A stretch of 61,606 nt of DNA, counting the filler. It is 4 parts of 4 records of this genome, joined end to end, with 100 filler letters (N's around TTAATTAATTAA, not from the genome) between each part and the next. Parts side by side here need not be neighbours in the genome. Positions count along the whole stretch, not along the records: positions 14,529 to 36,838 come from DRR723986_6953; 3 more parts are not named here. One strand, 5' to 3'. Below are positions 20,170-29,928 of this stretch, one piece after another (position 1 is the stretch's first letter; each line of letters opens with the position of its first letter). The position numbers and the translations under genes were made by a program. The notes below the pieces were generated by a model. The model was not told where the DNA came from. It did no database searches and was given only the letters and a program-made list of their open reading frames with translations.

Positions 20170-20718
20170 ATGGAGCAGCACGATGATTTGGTGCTGGTGC
20201 GGCGTTGCCTGAATGGAGACGCCAATGCTTTTGCCGGTCTGGTAAAGCAGCATCAACGCGCAGTTTTTAACGTCGCCTTTCGCATTGTTCGTGATTACGA
20301 GGATGCCAGCGATGTTGCACAGTCAGCTTTCGTGAAGGCCTACGAGAAACTTCATACCTTCGATGAACGGTACAAGTTCTTTTCGTGGATTTACCGGATT
20401 GCCGTCAACGAAGCGCTAAACTTCGTTAACAAACGCAAGCCGGACGAAGGCCTGGACGAACGCATGGTTTCCCCGGCGCGTGGCCCCGCAAAGGAAACTG
20501 AACGCCGTGAAAACAGCGAGCAGATCCAGGTGGCACTCCAAAAGTTATCAGCCGACTACCGTACCGTCATTGTGCTTCGTCATTTTCGTGAACTATCCTA
20601 CAAAGAGATGGCCGAAGTACTGCTAATCCCGGAAAAAACAGTCAAGTCGCGCCTCTTCACGGCCCGTAAACTCCTTAAGGATATTCTTACCGAACAGGGG
20701 ATTACCGACCATGAATGA
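20170..20718 (+). CDS. ECF RNA polymerase sigma factor (SigW/RpoE-like)
   Basis: DASDVAQSAFVKAY, FFSWIYRIAVN, LSYKEMAEVL.IPEKTVKSRLFTAR. Confidence 0.93.
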   Translation: MEQHDDLVLVRRCLNGDANAFAGLVKQHQRAVFNVAFRIVRDYEDASDVAQSAFVKAYEKLHTFDERYKFFSWIYRIAVNEALNFVNKRKPDEGLDERMVSPARGPAKETERRENSEQIQVALQKLSADYRTVIVLRHFRELSYKEMAEVLLIPEKTVKSRLFTARKLLKDILTEQGITDHE

Positions 20719-21457
20719 ACAACTACTTCTTGAACTGATTAATCGTGACATTGATGGTCTGCTCAGTCCCGACGAGCAAAGCCAACTGCGCGATGAACTC
20801 AATCGCAATCCGCAAGCTCAAAAACTGCACGACGAATTGCACTCGATGAATAAACAGCTCGGCAGCGTTGCAGACGTCGATCCGCCCGCCGATCTGTACA
20901 ATTCCGTGATGCGCTCACTGCCACCGGAAGTTGTGCAGGAACGTCAAGCCGGGCGCCGGTCCAGCCAAAGTCATGGCCGTAGTGGATTCGGTGGTCTGCT
21001 GCGAACATTCTTCGCATCGCCCTGGCGTCCCGCATTTGCCGGAGCAGCAGCAGTTGTGATCGTATTTCTCCTGATAAACATGGACGGCGTAAAACCCAAT
21101 GAGGGTTCAGTGCCCGGTACAATCGCAGCCTTGCCGGACTATAAACTGGTCGATGCCGGCGCGGTTGATGATGTGTTGACAAGCAGCCTCCTGACGAACG
21201 ATCAGTCCATGATCCTCAAGGTCAAGGCACTTGATGCCAAAGATCTGAATCTGGAGCTGAGTTACGATAGCCGCATCATTTCGGCCGTGAAAGCCGAAGA
21301 GCTGCAGCAAAGCGACGACGGCACGTTACATCTCAACATACAGGGCGGCGATGAGGTAGAAATACCGTTTGAGCTGCGCACCAGTGACGTAGCCACTTTT
21401 AGCCTGCAGGGCAGCGCCGATGGCCGGGAAATTCAACTGGAACTCAGCAATCGCTGA
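20711..21457 (+). CDS. Putative single-pass transmembrane anti-sigma factor
   Basis: Overlaps the sigma stop; N-terminal ASD-like helix pair (LINRDIDGLLSPDEQ) lacking zinc ligands; TM segment AFAGAAAVVIVFLLI; extracytoplasmic domain. Confidence 0.8.
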   Translation: MNEQLLLELINRDIDGLLSPDEQSQLRDELNRNPQAQKLHDELHSMNKQLGSVADVDPPADLYNSVMRSLPPEVVQERQAGRRSSQSHGRSGFGGLLRTFFASPWRPAFAGAAAVVIVFLLINMDGVKPNEGSVPGTIAALPDYKLVDAGAVDDVLTSSLLTNDQSMILKVKALDAKDLNLELSYDSRIISAVKAEELQQSDDGTLHLNIQGGDEVEIPFELRTSDVATFSLQGSADGREIQLELSNR

Positions 21458-21640
21458 ACAAACTGTTGAACCGGTGTAGTCTGCGCCTCGTTTAGTCAGG
21501 TCCTGCCATACTGCACCAACTGTAGTATTCGTTCGGCAATACGGCTGAGAATCGAATGTTCCCTGGCGGCACATAACCCGCCGAACTCATCTGCTGAGTG
21601 GGTTTCGGCGCGTACCAGACTTCCGCCATTTGGACGTAGC

Positions 21641-22669
21641 ATGCACATTGCCCTAAGTCTGTTACCGGCCGTTCTCTTTCTGGCCGCGCTCTACGTTCTT
21701 GACTCCTACAAGCTCCTGCGCATCTCTTTCGTAGCGGGCTGTTTGGCAATTGGTGCACTCACGGCACTAGTCTGTTACTTCCTCAATACTGCTCTTCAGT
21801 CCTACCTGGAGCTTTCACTGCGCGACTATTCCAGATACGTTGCTCCCCTCGTCGAAGAGATATGTAAGTCTATTCCCTTGATATTTTTACTGGCGCGTCA
21901 CCGCTTTGGATTTATGGTAGACGCGGCAATCGCTGGATTTGCACTTGGCGCGGGATTTGCCGTTGTTGAAAATATCTATTATCTGACCCTGTTTCCGGCT
22001 GAATCGGCTTCCATCTGGGTCTGGGTGGTTCGTGGTTTTGGCACGGCCATAATGCATGGTGGTGTCGTACTGGTTTTGGCGGTCACGTCTATTTCACTTT
22101 CCAAACGTGTTGATCGTTTTCGGCTTCTTCATGTTTGTCCCGGGCTTATTCTTGCAGTTCTGGTGCATGCAGCCTTTAATCAGTTTATACTATCGCCCTT
22201 GCAGAGTTCAGTTGCCATCCTGCTTTTGTTGCCACCGCTGATCATGCTTATATATCGCCGTAGTGAGCTGGGGCTGGAACAGTGGCTGGCGCTTAACTTT
22301 GATTCCGAAACGCGCCTGCTGACGATGATCAATCGCGGCGAATTTTCAAGTACCTCAGCGGGTGCATACCTGAAATCACTTAAAAACTACTTTTCAGCTG
22401 AAGTTGTATTTGATATGTATTGGCTGCTACGCCTGCACCTGGAGCTTTCACTGAAAGTCAAAGGCATGCTGATGATGAAACAGGCAGGATTCCAGCCTAC
22501 AGCAGATCCGGAGCTGGACGCCAAGTTCAAAGAGTTGCGTTACCTGGAGCAGCAGATTGGTCCCACAGCAATGTTGGCACTGCAGCCGGTCTTACGACTC
22601 AGCAGTAAGGAGCTTTGGCAAATTCGGCAACTAAAACGCCGCGAACGCAAACCCGCTTCAGGTAAATAG
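21641..22669 (+). CDS. PrsW-family glutamic-type intramembrane protease with C-terminal cytoplasmic extension
   Basis: APLVEEICK (EExxK), GFAVVEN (FxxxE), AIMHG, VHAAFN (HxxxN); multiple TM helices. Confidence 0.87.
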   Translation: MHIALSLLPAVLFLAALYVLDSYKLLRISFVAGCLAIGALTALVCYFLNTALQSYLELSLRDYSRYVAPLVEEICKSIPLIFLLARHRFGFMVDAAIAGFALGAGFAVVENIYYLTLFPAESASIWVWVVRGFGTAIMHGGVVLVLAVTSISLSKRVDRFRLLHVCPGLILAVLVHAAFNQFILSPLQSSVAILLLLPPLIMLIYRRSELGLEQWLALNFDSETRLLTMINRGEFSSTSAGAYLKSLKNYFSAEVVFDMYWLLRLHLELSLKVKGMLMMKQAGFQPTADPELDAKFKELRYLEQQIGPTAMLALQPVLRLSSKELWQIRQLKRRERKPASGK

Positions 22670-22685
22670 ACTCCGGCAAATAGAC

Positions 22686-23135
22686 TCAGGCTGCAGACGG
22701 TGCGGAAGGTGTGGTTGAATAATTTTTGCGCATCCTGATTGTATTGCGCCCATCGCGCCGCTCATACTCTAAATTATCCATCATTGACTTCACAAGATGT
22801 AATCCCAGTCCGCCTACCTGGCGCGTTTCGATTGGTGTGTCCGTTTGTGGTACGGGAGCATCGGTCCAGGGGTTAAAGGGCTTGCCGTCATCGGTCATGC
22901 AAATCGAGATGCTGCCCATGAAGATTTCAATCCGAAGCGTAATCTCGTGCTGCAGGCCATCATCTTCATAGCCGTGTGTGACTGCGTTGGTAAACAGTTC
23001 ATCCACGGCCAGATTTACTGAGTAGAGTGTTTCGTGCGGCACAGCATGCTCTGCACAGAACTGGCGCAGGGCGTCACCCAGGCGTGGAAGTTCTTGCAGT
23101 GAGTTTGAAAGTTTTAGTCGCAAGGAAGTGCTCAT
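22686..23135 (-). CDS. RsbW/SpoIIAB-like anti-sigma Ser kinase (HATPase_c_2)
   Basis: LAVDELFTNAVTHGY, DDGKPFNP, GGLGLHLVK, GRNTIRM. Confidence 0.9.
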   Translation of the reverse strand: MSTSLRLKLSNSLQELPRLGDALRQFCAEHAVPHETLYSVNLAVDELFTNAVTHGYEDDGLQHEITLRIEIFMGSISICMTDDGKPFNPWTDAPVPQTDTPIETRQVGGLGLHLVKSMMDNLEYERRDGRNTIRMRKNYSTTPSAPSAA

Positions 23136-23258
23136 CGGCAAAATGTTAGCATATTCTTTCGATCATGCCTAATACCGGATACCAGAAAAAATGTTGGACT
23201 TTTTTCACACTTTTTGTGCAATGTGGCGGAATTTGCACACAAAAAGTATTTGAGCCAC

Positions 23259-23594
23259 TCAGACAGTTGCCTTGAGGGCACTATCTGTGTCCGGAAAGAT
23301 TGGAAATACCTGGGTGAAACCTGCGATGTCAAAGACTTCCTGAACGGGAGCCTGCAAGCCGCTTAGCCGAATGTGTCCCTGCTGTGCACGCATGCGTTTG
23401 GCAGCGATCAACAGAACTCTGAGTCCGGCACTGGAGATATAATCCAATTCATCACAGTCCACGACCAGGAGTTTTTCATCGGCCTGGATTGATCCAAGCA
23501 GTTCCGGCTCCACGTGGTTGATTGTCGTCACATCCAGTCGGCCGGAGAGGCCAACCACCAGCGCATTGTTTTCGCGTCGTTGGGAAAACTTCAT
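23259..23594 (-). CDS. STAS-domain anti-sigma antagonist (RsbV/SpoIIAA-like)
   Basis: LSGRLD, LDYISSAGLRVLL (phospho-acceptor Ser), VQEVFDIAGF. Confidence 0.92.
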   Translation of the reverse strand: MKFSQRRENNALVVGLSGRLDVTTINHVEPELLGSIQADEKLLVVDCDELDYISSAGLRVLLIAAKRMRAQQGHIRLSGLQAPVQEVFDIAGFTQVFPIFPDTDSALKATV

Positions 23595-23870
23595 GCTTAA
23601 TTTGTTTCCTTCGCATCAAATTGGACGGTCAAGCAGTTAATAGTCAGGCACATCCGTGCTTCAAATTACCAAAACTGATGCTTCCACCAAGCCTCTGATT
23701 TTAGCTCTGCGGTATTCCTGATGTTTAATGGAACTTGCCTGCATTCTGCGATTGTATGTTTGTGGACCCATTTACTCAGCCAGTCCAGTCAACATTTTTC
23801 CATCATATACGTCAGCCCTTCGGTGACAAACGGTTTTTCCTAGTAAAGATCTTCTCCAAGAAGTTTATAG

Positions 23871-24239
23871 GTGAATCATATGAATGAACGTCACACAGAT
23901 GCCCAGATTCGCAATGCGATTGAGCGTGGAGACTTTGACAACCTGCCGAACAAAGGCAAACCAATTGATCTTTCCAACGACGGCGCTGTTTCGCCGGAAT
24001 TGCGCCCCGCAGTGCGTGTGCTAAAGAACGCCGGAGTGCTTCCGGAAGAGATGCAATTGCGCGCAGAAACGATTGAACTGCGCGATATCCTCAAGATGGT
24101 TACAGACGAAGGCGAGCGGCGCGAGATACAGAACAAATTAAACAAGGCGATGCTGCGCTACGAATTGTTAACCGCCGGCAAAACCATTCCCGCAAGCTAT
24201 GAGGCCCAAATGCGCGCACGCATGCGCGATGACAAGTGA
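23871..24239 (+). CDS. DUF1992 family protein
   Basis: QIRNAIERGDFDNLPNKGKPI...VLKNAGVLPEE. Confidence 0.88.
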   Translation: MNHMNERHTDAQIRNAIERGDFDNLPNKGKPIDLSNDGAVSPELRPAVRVLKNAGVLPEEMQLRAETIELRDILKMVTDEGERREIQNKLNKAMLRYELLTAGKTIPASYEAQMRARMRDDK

Positions 24240-24446
24240 GCCTGAATTCTACGTCAAAGTCGCTTTTCTACGAATAGCAGCTAGTCTACTTTGACCAAAT
24301 AAAAGCTTCAATTCGGCATTCTTAGCTGAGTTTGTTAAAAATTCTCCGCAACGTCAGCGCATTTACTGCGTAACCATGGCGTTTTCTGCTTAGTCGGTGT
24401 AGTTCGGATCAGAGCAATCTTACGTATTTCGGGAGTATAGATATAT

Positions 24447-27400
24447 ATGCAGCGATGGTTGAAGAATCTATTGATCGTGACACTGTTCCTGAGTGGGGCT
24501 TATCCCGCTGCAGTGTCTGCAAATGACGCAACAATTACGGCGGCCTGGCAAGCCTGGGATGCCCTGGATTTCAAACAGGCGGAAACAAAGTTTAAGTCTG
24601 TACTTGCCGAAGATGCCAATAACGTGCGCGCTGTTTGTGGCTTAACGTTTCTTTATACGCAACTGGGTCGCAATGAGGAAGCATTTGAGCTCTATTCCAG
24701 ATTTTTGTCGCAGGATAACCCTGGGGCAGTAAACCTCGCTGCATATGCGCACGCATTCTGGGGAATTCCCGCCTACGGACTGCTGGGCGAATCCGACGAA
24801 AACCTAAAACTGTTAAATACAATTGCCGAGCTGGACAAGAGTAATGGAGTGTTGCGTGCAATAGCCGGCAGTGCCACCGGATTTTTTCTGGAGCGCAGCG
24901 GCAAACTGCAGGAAGCCGATGCTGTGTTTAACTCACTGGGTTCCATCAACGACTGGATGACGATCGGACCATTTGAGAACATTTCTCAGTCGGGATTCGA
25001 CAAAGTATTTGCCCCGGAAACCGAGTTTAAGCCGGAGGCGCAATATGTGGGTAAGTTCGCCATGCCTGCGGTCTGGTTTGAGCCCAGTATTCATCGGCGC
25101 GACAAATGGTTTGATTTTAGGCGTTACTATGCTGAAAAGACGGCATTCTTCTACGCCAACACCTTTGTGTATTCTGAGCAGAAACAAGGTGTAGACATGC
25201 GCATCGGTACTTCGGGCGCACTTAAACTGTTTCTGAATGATGAACTGTTAAGTTCCGAATTTGAAGAGCGCAACAACGATGTTGATACCTACATCGTACG
25301 CACGGAACTCCAAAAAGGCTGGAACAGAGTCCTGGTTAAAGTTGGGCACAATGAAATTGATCGCTGCAATTTCCTGCTGCGAATAACTGATGCTCAGGGC
25401 ACGCCAATTGAAGGTTTGCGGGTTTCGACGGCAGCACAAGAATACAAATCCAAGCCCGGTGCGGCGAGTGTGCCGGTTCCAGACCTGGCTGTAGAGTATT
25501 TTGAAGAACAGATAAAGCAGCATCCGCAATACATCGAAAATTACCTATTGCTGGCTTGTGTGCACAAACGCAGTGACCGTAAAATTAAGGTGGAGCTGGC
25601 ACTGCGCGCGGCCGAAAAGCTTGCGCCACGCAATACGCATATTCAGGAGCAACTGGTTGAAGCGTATTCCGATAATGAAAAGTTTGATCGCGCATTGAGC
25701 ACGATGGAGGCAATCGAGAAAATTGCGCCAGACATCCTCAGTACTCTGATTTATCGCATAGAGCGACACTACGAACAACAAGAGTTCGATAAGGTGCGTG
25801 AGTTAATCGGCAAGATTGAAGAGTTTGTGCCGGAAGATTCGCCGCTGCCATACAGTTTCTGGTATGCCTATCATACGCGCAAACGCGAAAGTGAAAAAGC
25901 ACGCCAGGTTGTGCGTGAAGCCTTCGAAAAATACCCGGATGACTTAACATGGCTGGGCTCAATGGCCGGCATTGAAATGCAGAAAGCCGGAAGTCCCGAT
26001 CCGGGGATCGAAATGTATGAAGACTACCTGAGTGACAACTATTCGACTGCGATGACATCGCGCCTGGCAGGACTGCACCTGCGCAAAGGCAACACCGAAG
26101 AATGGGAAAAACTGATGTTTGAGCTGCTGGAAGCCGACCCCGCCCAAAGTGGCATCCACCATCAGCTTGCAGGTGAATACATCGATCAGGAGCGTTATGC
26201 GGACGCACTGAAGGCCATGCAACGCGCCGTTGAAATCTGCCCCAACAGCTCCGTGTACTGGGAGCGCATCGGTGAAATTCACCGCATGCAGGAAAACAAG
26301 AGCAAAGCGCTGGAGAACTTTAACCGAGCGCTGCAATATTCGCCGCGCAATTACACCTTGCGCCAGACAATCCGCGAATTGGAAGGCAAAGGCAACATCT
26401 TTGACCTGTTTGAGCAAGTAGATCTTGACAGTGTAATAGCTGCAGCGCCGGATGCCGCAGAATTCCCCGAAGACAACGGCATTTACTTGCTGGATGACCG
26501 CCGGCGCGTAGTCTACGATCGCGGCGCCTCTGAGTACACCGGCGAAATTGCTATTAAAGTGTTTAACCAGAGTGGTGTTGACGAAGTCAAGGAATATTAT
26601 GTGCCGTATTATGGCAATACTGAGCGCATTAACATAGAGCGCGCCATCGTGCGCAAACTTAACGGCAGCGAAGTTGTAGCCGATGTGAACTCCAACTACG
26701 TGGTGTTTAAACAACTGGAGCCGGGCGAGACGATTTACATTCGATTCCGCGTAAAAACCTACCAGTATGGGCGTCTTTCACAACACTTCTGGGATGCGCA
26801 CTATTTTAACGGTGGTTATCCCGTAGCCTCAAGTCGTTACTTCTTACTTGTGCCGGATGACCTGAAGTTTAACTACAGCGTGCAAAACGGAACAATGGAC
26901 CCGACAGTCACACAAACGGCGGACGGCAAACTCTATAAGTGGGCCGCCAATCAGGAGCCCGGCCTGCACTATGAAGTTGGCATGCCGGGCCTGGCCGAAG
27001 TCGGCAAGATTTTGCACCTGTCAACTATTGAGGACTGGAGCTTCTTCGTTGATTGGTATAAGGACCTGGCGCTCACCAAAACGCGGGCGACGTATGAAGT
27101 CAGTGAAAAAGTGCGTCAGCTGCTTGCGGACCGCGGTGCCGACGCCGGGCAGTTAAGTGAAAAAGAACGCGTTGAAATGGTGTATGAATACATCACCGAG
27201 AACATTCGTTATAGTTCCGTTTCCTTCCGCCAGTCGGGCCTGATCCCGCAGGAAGCGCGCGACGTACTTGAAACCGGGATCGGCGATTGCAAAGATGTTT
27301 CGACCCTGGCAATCTCAATGTTAAACGAGCTGGATGTGCCCGCGCATTACGTGTTGATCAATACACGTGATGAGGGCCGCAATCAGGATGTACTCCCATC

Positions 27401-28232
27401 GATCGCCTGGAATCACTGCATTGCGGCAGTTGAGCTGGAAGATGAATTGATGTATCTGGACCTGACCGCCAATAACTACTCCTTCGGTTCGATTCCCGAG
27501 CTGAATATCGATGGTTTCTCGCTCCTGATTCGCGATGGAGAAAAGAAGCCATTTTTAATGCCGGACAAAGGATTTGTGGCCAATAGCCTGACGACCAATA
27601 CCAATATGGAAGTCCGCGGTGACAATAGCATTGCCGTAAGCCTGAGTTCGTCACAGTCCGGAAACTTTAGCGCTATTATGCGCTACGCGTTCCGCGATAA
27701 AGGTGAGCAGGACCGCAATCGCGAATTCAAAGAGATGCTGGCCTCAAGTTTTCCAAGTGTTCAGCTCAAAAAATTGGAGCTGGGAGACTTAAACCAACTT
27801 GGCCCGGCAATGCAATACGATGCTGAATTTGAAGTGCCGTCCTACGTGACCGAGACCGGCAGCTTTAAGTTCCTGACGATACCATGGTCCAGCCGCTTAT
27901 CAGCCAATGAGGCGCTTTCATACGATGAGCGCAAGTATACCTACCAGTACTGGCCCTGGGCCGACACTGTGAGTGAACACATGGAAATCCGTCTGCCGGA
28001 TGGTTATGCGCCGGTGGAAGTGGGTGAGGACGTGCGCCTGAGTTCGCCCGTGGCTGACTATCTGCTGACCTTCACGTATCAGGACGGTATCCTGCGCGGG
28101 ACTCGCAAACTGGTTAACAAAAAACTGGAAGTTGATCCGTCAGAGTACCTGGAGTTTAAGGAGTTCTACAATGCGATTGTAAAAGAAGACCAGCGCCAGA
28201 TTCTCCTGCAGAAAAACCCAGTTAATCGCTAG
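24447..28232 (+). CDS. Exported TPR + DUF3857 + transglutaminase-like protein
   Basis: Signal peptide, TPR-like helices, jelly-roll segment (WMTIGPFEN...LQKGWNRVLVKV), triad motifs GDCKD / WNHCI / YLDLT. Confidence 0.85.
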   Translation: MQRWLKNLLIVTLFLSGAYPAAVSANDATITAAWQAWDALDFKQAETKFKSVLAEDANNVRAVCGLTFLYTQLGRNEEAFELYSRFLSQDNPGAVNLAAYAHAFWGIPAYGLLGESDENLKLLNTIAELDKSNGVLRAIAGSATGFFLERSGKLQEADAVFNSLGSINDWMTIGPFENISQSGFDKVFAPETEFKPEAQYVGKFAMPAVWFEPSIHRRDKWFDFRRYYAEKTAFFYANTFVYSEQKQGVDMRIGTSGALKLFLNDELLSSEFEERNNDVDTYIVRTELQKGWNRVLVKVGHNEIDRCNFLLRITDAQGTPIEGLRVSTAAQEYKSKPGAASVPVPDLAVEYFEEQIKQHPQYIENYLLLACVHKRSDRKIKVELALRAAEKLAPRNTHIQEQLVEAYSDNEKFDRALSTMEAIEKIAPDILSTLIYRIERHYEQQEFDKVRELIGKIEEFVPEDSPLPYSFWYAYHTRKRESEKARQVVREAFEKYPDDLTWLGSMAGIEMQKAGSPDPGIEMYEDYLSDNYSTAMTSRLAGLHLRKGNTEEWEKLMFELLEADPAQSGIHHQLAGEYIDQERYADALKAMQRAVEICPNSSVYWERIGEIHRMQENKSKALENFNRALQYSPRNYTLRQTIRELEGKGNIFDLFEQVDLDSVIAAAPDAAEFPEDNGIYLLDDRRRVVYDRGASEYTGEIAIKVFNQSGVDEVKEYYVPYYGNTERINIERAIVRKLNGSEVVADVNSNYVVFKQLEPGETIYIRFRVKTYQYGRLSQHFWDAHYFNGGYPVASSRYFLLVPDDLKFNYSVQNGTMDPTVTQTADGKLYKWAANQEPGLHYEVGMPGLAEVGKILHLSTIEDWSFFVDWYKDLALTKTRATYEVSEKVRQLLADRGADAGQLSEKERVEMVYEYITENIRYSSVSFRQSGLIPQEARDVLETGIGDCKDVSTLAISMLNELDVPAHYVLINTRDEGRNQDVLPSIAWNHCIAAVELEDELMYLDLTANNYSFGSIPELNIDGFSLLIRDGEKKPFLMPDKGFVANSLTTNTNMEVRGDNSIAVSLSSSQSGNFSAIMRYAFRDKGEQDRNREFKEMLASSFPSVQLKKLELGDLNQLGPAMQYDAEFEVPSYVTETGSFKFLTIPWSSRLSANEALSYDERKYTYQYWPWADTVSEHMEIRLPDGYAPVEVGEDVRLSSPVADYLLTFTYQDGILRGTRKLVNKKLEVDPSEYLEFKEFYNAIVKEDQRQILLQKNPVNR

Positions 28233-28241
28233 CGGCGGCAC

Positions 28242-29201
28242 ATGTCCCTGATCGGCATAGATATTGGTGGAACCAAGATACTTGTAGCCTCCTGCGATTT
28301 GCAGGGGGCTATTCGTTTTCGTAAACGAATTTCAACTCCACAAGACCCCGGCGAAGCACTCAAAGCCATTGACGCGCTCGTGCAAGCTGCCGCTTCATCA
28401 GCCACTGCAGCAGCCGCCAGTCAAGACAATGATTGCGGCATCAGTGGTATTGGAATTGCCTGCGGCGGCCCGCTTGACGCGCAGGCTCTGACCGTCAGTC
28501 CACTGCATCTGCCGCGTTGGCGCAATCTGGCGCTGGGAGCACATCTACACGAAAAGTTTAACTGTCCGGTGCGGCTTGAAAATGACGCCGATGCCGGCGC
28601 TTTTGCCGAATACCACGTTGCACTGTCGCAGGTCTCACGCCTGTTATACGTTACCTTAAGTACGGGACTGGGTGGTGGTCAATTACTGGATGGGGAATTA
28701 TATCGCGGTAGCGGATATTCTCATCCGGAAATCGGCCACCAGAGTGTCAGATTCCAGGATTTGATGCCCGCAGCGCCAGAATCAGTCAATTGTGCCTGCG
28801 GTGCTGCAGACTGTCTGGAAGCACTAATTTCCGGAACGGCAATCCGGCAGCATTTTGGAAAATCCGCTGATAAGTTAAATACTGCCGAATGGCTGGCAGT
28901 CGGAACGCTGCTGGGGCGTGGCCTGCGCAATATTTGTGTTACATTCTGCCCGGAATTGATTGTGCTGGGCGGCGGTGTGGCGGTAGGCGGCGCGGATCTG
29001 TTGCTGGAGCCTGCGCGTCAGGAATTAGCGCGTAACTTGCACATTGTTCCGCGGCCCAGGCTGGAAATCAGTCGCCTGGATTATGACGCAGCCCTGTGGG
29101 GCGCGCTGGCCTTAAGCGCAAACGCGGCGGGATTGGCGGGCAGCATACTGACGCGCAATTTCAAAGCGGACGGGAAACCCGGCCTGCTTGCCGGCAGTTA
29201 A
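28242..29201 (+). CDS. ROK-family sugar kinase
   Basis: IGIDIGGTKI, ENDADAGA, LSTGLGGG, EIGHQ, CACGAADCLE. Confidence 0.9.
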   Translation: MSLIGIDIGGTKILVASCDLQGAIRFRKRISTPQDPGEALKAIDALVQAAASSATAAAASQDNDCGISGIGIACGGPLDAQALTVSPLHLPRWRNLALGAHLHEKFNCPVRLENDADAGAFAEYHVALSQVSRLLYVTLSTGLGGGQLLDGELYRGSGYSHPEIGHQSVRFQDLMPAAPESVNCACGAADCLEALISGTAIRQHFGKSADKLNTAEWLAVGTLLGRGLRNICVTFCPELIVLGGGVAVGGADLLLEPARQELARNLHIVPRPRLEISRLDYDAALWGALALSANAAGLAGSILTRNFKADGKPGLLAGS

Positions 29202-29246
29202 CAAGTTCATCACAATCGAATTGACAAATTTTGGGTAGAGAGAATC

Positions 29247-29774
29247 ATGGTGCAGGCAATGACATCAACAGAGCTTATTAAACAACTGGACCTGGTCGTT
29301 CATCCTGAAGGTGGCTGGTACAGCGAAACGTATCGCGCTACACAAGTTGTGCCGCAAACGGCACTGACGGAAGACTACGGCAGTTCGCGGACGGTGAGCA
29401 CGTCTATTCACTTTTTACTGCAAGGTGGGCAGAAGTCTCACCTGCACCGCCTGCGCTCGGATGAAATCTGGTATTTCCATGCGGGACAGCCAATTCGCGT
29501 GTTAACACTTGCACCTGACGGCAACCTGCAAAGCCATTTGCTGGGGAGCACCTTTGCGCCGGGAATGACTGTGGACCTGGTGATTCCCGCTGGAACGTGG
29601 TTTGCCGCGGACCTGAACGGCAATACAGACCCTGAGGACTTTGCACTGATTTCCTGCGTTGTGACACCGGGGTTTGAGTTTGAAGACTTTGAGTTGGGAG
29701 CGCGCGCGCAACTGCAGCAAACGTTTCCGGCACATGCACGGCTGATAGGCGAGTACACGCGCGCAGCAGATTAA
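29247..29774 (+). CDS. Cupin_5 (DUF985) protein
   Basis: HPEGGWYSETY, STSIHFLL, HLHRLRSDEIWYFH, SCVVTPGFEFEDFE. Confidence 0.9.
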   Translation: MVQAMTSTELIKQLDLVVHPEGGWYSETYRATQVVPQTALTEDYGSSRTVSTSIHFLLQGGQKSHLHRLRSDEIWYFHAGQPIRVLTLAPDGNLQSHLLGSTFAPGMTVDLVIPAGTWFAADLNGNTDPEDFALISCVVTPGFEFEDFELGARAQLQQTFPAHARLIGEYTRAAD

Positions 29775-29928
29775 AGTCGGCTGGTTTTCTGTGAGAATTG
29801 AAGCTGATGATTCATTGACGAACAAAAAAATCAAAGAGCCTGAGGAGCGCGTGAAACAAGCTACTCAAAGCGGTCTCCCAATGAATTGTTAAACACCACA
29901 ATTGCAGAGTCGATGTTTGAAGCAGATG

